Positions 60,762-64,000 of a stretch of DNA of 64,000 bases are shown piece by piece. Each line of letters begins with the position of its first letter. The first letter of the stretch is position 1. The translations under genes and the position numbers were made by a program. The DNA comes from an uncultured Verrucomicrobiae bacterium. Lineage in GTDB: Bacteria; Verrucomicrobiota; Verrucomicrobiia; Chthoniobacterales; JAFAMB01. Location of the stretch: the NCBI GenBank assembly GCA_963837955.1, contig CAWIPH010000002.1:2496001-2560000 (forward strand), given 5' to 3'. A model generated the notes under the pieces. The model made no database searches and was not told the DNA's origin. It saw only the letters and a program-made list of their open reading frames with translations.

Positions 60762-61565
60762 ATGAGCACATCGAAAAATATCCCGTTTGAGGGGGAAGAG
60801 TTCGCTGGCAAACGAGCGCTCGTCACAGGTGGAACCAAAGGTATCGGAGGAGCAATCGTTAAGCGTCTTAGGCGCGGAGCAGCGACGGTTATTACGACAG
60901 CCCGCTCTATCCCGGACGACCTGCAAGACCGTGACCTGTTCGTCCAAGCCGACATCAGCACGACCGAGGGTATCGAAAAAGTCATTCAAGCTATCGCGGA
61001 GCGCCTTGGCGGCGTGGATATTCTGGTCCACAATGTCGGCGGCTCATCCGCTCCAGGCGGTGGAGTTCTCGCGTTGAACGATGACCACTGGCAGGCTGCC
61101 CTAAACCAAAATTTGCTGTCTGCCGTTCGCCTGGACCGAGCGTTGCTGCCCTCCATGCTGAAACAGGGTTCCGGCGTCATTGTCCATATCTCTTCCATCC
61201 AGCGACGCCTCCCGCTTTTCGAGGCCACTTTAGCGTATGCGGCGGCCAAGGCGGCATTGACCAACTACAGCAAGGGACTGTCCAATGAAGTCGGCCCCAA
61301 AGGAGTTCGGGTCAATACTGTTGCCCCTGGTTTTATCGAAACGACAGCCGCACAGGCTCTCATCGAGCGGTTGGCCCAGAATGCCGGGACCAACCGAGAA
61401 ACCGCGTTGCAAAGTCTGATGGATTCATTAGGAGGCATTCCAATTGGACGCCCCGGCCGGCCCGAGGAAGTCGCTGAACTGGTCGCCTTCCTGGTTTCTG
61501 ATCGCGCTGCATCGATCAATGGAAGTGAATACGTCATCGACGGAGGAACCATTCCGACGGTCTAA
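60762..61565 (+). CDS. SDR family oxidoreductase
   Basis: [23 protein letters not shown]; start placed at ATG 60762. Confidence 0.93.
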   Translation: MSTSKNIPFEGEEFAGKRALVTGGTKGIGGAIVKRLRRGAATVITTARSIPDDLQDRDLFVQADISTTEGIEKVIQAIAERLGGVDILVHNVGGSSAPGGGVLALNDDHWQAALNQNLLSAVRLDRALLPSMLKQGSGVIVHISSIQRRLPLFEATLAYAAAKAALTNYSKGLSNEVGPKGVRVNTVAPGFIETTAAQALIERLAQNAGTNRETALQSLMDSLGGIPIGRPGRPEEVAELVAFLVSDRAASINGSEYVIDGGTIPTV

Positions 61566-61613
61566 CCGTAAGAAATCATGCGGAAGCTCACTGATTACTA
61601 ATTCAGAAAAGCT

Positions 61614-61946
61614 ATGATTAAAAAAATAGACATACCCCCAACTATCGCGGCCTTTGTCCAAGCGGAGAACCAGCGCGACAGCAGCGCCGTGGCCGCCTGT
61701 TTTACTGGCAATGCCGTCGTTCATGACGAGGGAAGTGAGATGCGTGGCAAGACTGCGATTAAGGAGTGGATCGACAACACTTTTAAGAAGTATCAATTTA
61801 CCATTGAACCGGCCGGCATCGCCAAAGGCGACAACAAGATCATCCTCAATGCCACGCTCACCGGCGACTTTCCCGGAAGTCCAATCTCGTTAGATTTTCA
61901 GTTCACCATCCAAGAGGACAAGATCGCCACCTTAATCATTCGATAA
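61614..61946 (+). CDS. NTF2/SnoaL-like domain protein
   Basis: AVVHDEG, GDFPGSP..L.FQF. Confidence 0.88.
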   Translation: MIKKIDIPPTIAAFVQAENQRDSSAVAACFTGNAVVHDEGSEMRGKTAIKEWIDNTFKKYQFTIEPAGIAKGDNKIILNATLTGDFPGSPISLDFQFTIQEDKIATLIIR

Positions 61947-62232
61947 CTGACACCGAGCGGGGAAGCCGAGGCGAACGCTGGCGTCACGTTTTAGGTGGAC
62001 GGCAGAGTTTACGACCGCTAGTTCAGCAGAATTCCAACGCTCCTGGCGCGAAGGCAAGGGCGCCGTTTGGGCATGGCTCGCGTCGCATGACCTTCAATCC
62101 GTGGGCCATGCGACTATTTCTACATTTTTTCTTAGAAAACGAACTCTACTTTACTCCAGCTGCCAGGAACGGACTTCCCTAAGGCGACGCTCCGTCTTGT
62201 GGCGCACGACAAGTAGCAGTATGGGTGCGCGC

Positions 62233-62850
62233 ATGCTGCTGGATCATTTGAAAGCAAACAACCGGGCCTGGGCGGACCGGATGGTTTCCGACGATGCCGA
62301 CTTTTTCAGGCGGCTCGAGCGCCAGCAGGCACCGAAGTATCTATGGATCGGCTGCTCCGATAGCCGGGTGCCTGCCAACGAGATTGTGGGCCTCGACCCC
62401 GGCGAACTCTTCGTGCACCGAAACGTCGCAAACCTTGCCCCGCCGCAGGACGCCAACTATCTGTCTGTGCTGCAGTTTGCAGTCGACGTGTTGAAGGTGC
62501 AGCACATCATGGTAGTGGGGCACTACGGCTGTGGCGGAGTGAGCGCGGCTGTGGACGGCAAACGGCGGGGTCTGGTGGACCACTGGCTGCACCCTATCCG
62601 CGAGATCTTCCATGAGCACCGTCAAGAGCTTGACGCGATGCCAGATCGGCATGCTCGCCTCGACCGTTTATGTGAACTCAATGTTATCCGACAAGTGAGA
62701 AACGTAGCGTCTGACGTATTCCTGCAGGAGGCGTGGGCCCGCGGTCAGGACCTCCGCGTCCACGGCTGGGTCTATTCCCTGGCCAACGGCTTAGTGAAAG
62801 ACCTGGACGTAACGATCAGTCAGCTGGAAGGGATCGAGCGGCTGCGGTAA
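62233..62850 (+). CDS. can: beta-class carbonic anhydrase
   Basis: GCSDSRVP, FVHRNVAN, GHYGCGG, LCELNV, VHGWVY; start at 62221 or 62233. Confidence 0.93.
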   Translation: MLLDHLKANNRAWADRMVSDDADFFRRLERQQAPKYLWIGCSDSRVPANEIVGLDPGELFVHRNVANLAPPQDANYLSVLQFAVDVLKVQHIMVVGHYGCGGVSAAVDGKRRGLVDHWLHPIREIFHEHRQELDAMPDRHARLDRLCELNVIRQVRNVASDVFLQEAWARGQDLRVHGWVYSLANGLVKDLDVTISQLEGIERLR

Positions 62851-63014
62851 GCACAGGGTCCAGGCTGCGCCGGTGGAGACAGCAACATGGTCGCGGTGCC
62901 AGGGTTCGACGCTCAAATTCGTGATTCGAAATGAAGTAAAAATGCGCGTTGGGAGTTGCGCGTATCCCCTTCTCGAATACGAATGAAAGCGTGCAGGCGA
63001 ACGCGCGCAGCTTG

Positions 63015-63782
63015 GTGAAAGTTTTCGAGCAGGGACCGAGCCCAGCTCTGCGGCCGTTCATCCAACGTTTCCTTGTGGTGGAATTTCCATCCCTTCACCG
63101 CGATACGCACCTGCCGGATACCAGCCCGGTCGCGGCATTTTCTTTCCGGGGAGGTTGTCGCATCGACGGAGGCCGGTGGGCGCCGCCGACCGCCTTTACC
63201 GGCCTGTACGAAAGGTTGCGCGTCCACGAACATTGCGATGAGCACGCGGTGCTGTTGGCGACCTTTACGCCGGTGGGGGCCACCGCCTTCTTGCGTCCGT
63301 CGCTGCAGGAGTTTTCCGGGACAACCACCGATCTCGCTGGCATCCTTGGTCGCCCGGAAGAACTCGACCGGCTTCACGAACAACTTGTCAGAGTCCAAAA
63401 CCACGAACGACGCATAAAGCTGCTGGAGGATTTCCTGCTCGCCCGGGTTCGTGTTTCCGCGCCTGATGCGCTCGTAACCGCTGCTGTGGCTTGGCTTGAG
63501 CGGGGAACGGGAACCAGACGAATCGACGATCTGACGCGGTATATCGGTTTGAGCCAGAGTGCGCTCGAGCGCCGTTTTCGGCGGGTTGTCGGAGTTTCGC
63601 CCAAGAAGTTCGCCTCCTTGGTGCGGCTGCGACGCGCAGTGCGACTGCGGGCCACCGGTGCCGGATTTACCGCGGCGGCGCACGCCGCGGGCTACTTCGA
63701 CCAGTCGCATTTTATCAACGATTTTCGCCGGGCAACCGGCAGCGCGCCGGACGCGTTCTTCCGCCAAGCCTCGGCGAATTAG
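63015..63782 (+). CDS. AraC family transcriptional regulator; start uncertain
   Basis: PSPALRPFI, LERRFRRVVGVSPK, GYFDQSHFINDFR. Confidence 0.9.
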   Translation: MKVFEQGPSPALRPFIQRFLVVEFPSLHRDTHLPDTSPVAAFSFRGGCRIDGGRWAPPTAFTGLYERLRVHEHCDEHAVLLATFTPVGATAFLRPSLQEFSGTTTDLAGILGRPEELDRLHEQLVRVQNHERRIKLLEDFLLARVRVSAPDALVTAAVAWLERGTGTRRIDDLTRYIGLSQSALERRFRRVVGVSPKKFASLVRLRRAVRLRATGAGFTAAAHAAGYFDQSHFINDFRRATGSAPDAFFRQASAN

Positions 63783-63834
63783 AACGCCGAATTCTTACAA
63801 TACGCTGCGGCGTCCCTGCGGTAAGGGTGGGGGC

Positions 63835-64000
63835 ATGGACGCTCTCTTTCGCTGTCGGGTCACGTCAAAACGCTGGCCCCGCCTGATGCTGGTGCTCGCC
63901 GCCCTGTTCTCGGAGATCAGCCTGCCAGCCCAGCCGGCCGACACCCTGTCCGCTGCCAACCAACCAACTGCCGCTATGAAATCGTTCGTCATCATCTTCC
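63835..64000 (+). CDS. partial exported protein, runs off the window edge
   Basis: MDALFRCR...LMLVLAALFSEISLPAQ...MKSFVIIF, open to the end, downstream of the AraC gene. Confidence 0.45.
   Translation, partial: MDALFRCRVTSKRWPRLMLVLAALFSEISLPAQPADTLSAANQPTAAMKSFVIIF

Overview
Bacterial accessory region with no rRNA, tRNA, CRISPR array, integrase or transposase that I can see. Gene content and repeat style suggest a soil bacterium, possibly Verrucomicrobiota (inference, not confirmed). Layout: (1) 1-16.7 kb, two sugar ABC transporters plus a catabolic cluster (two TIM-barrel isomerase/epimerases, Gfo/Idh/MocA dehydrogenase, cupin, Tm-1-like/UPF0261 protein, PEP-hydrolase-family TIM barrel). 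(2) 16.7-22.1 kb, a block bracketed by a duplicated gene end, carrying a hydrolase, an erythromycin-esterase-family protein, a phosphoribosyltransferase and a BRCT-less NAD-dependent ligase. (3) 22-41 kb, mixed regulators, oxidoreductases, small ORFans, an orphan antitoxin, an S74-chaperone protein and a ClpP homologue lacking its catalytic triad. (4) 41-64 kb, a stress/detox-like cluster with two C-terminally extended ECF sigma factors. Strongest hidden signals: one 27-bp ECF-type promoter recurs 8 times before YciI/DoxX/DUF899/VOC/amidase/GyrI/SnoaL genes; a SigG-type promoter precedes the second DUF899 paralogue; long palindromic elements, one with nested arms, separate single genes like cassettes; and three gene-fragment duplications mark past recombination. 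Products are assigned by motif recognition only; no database search was run.
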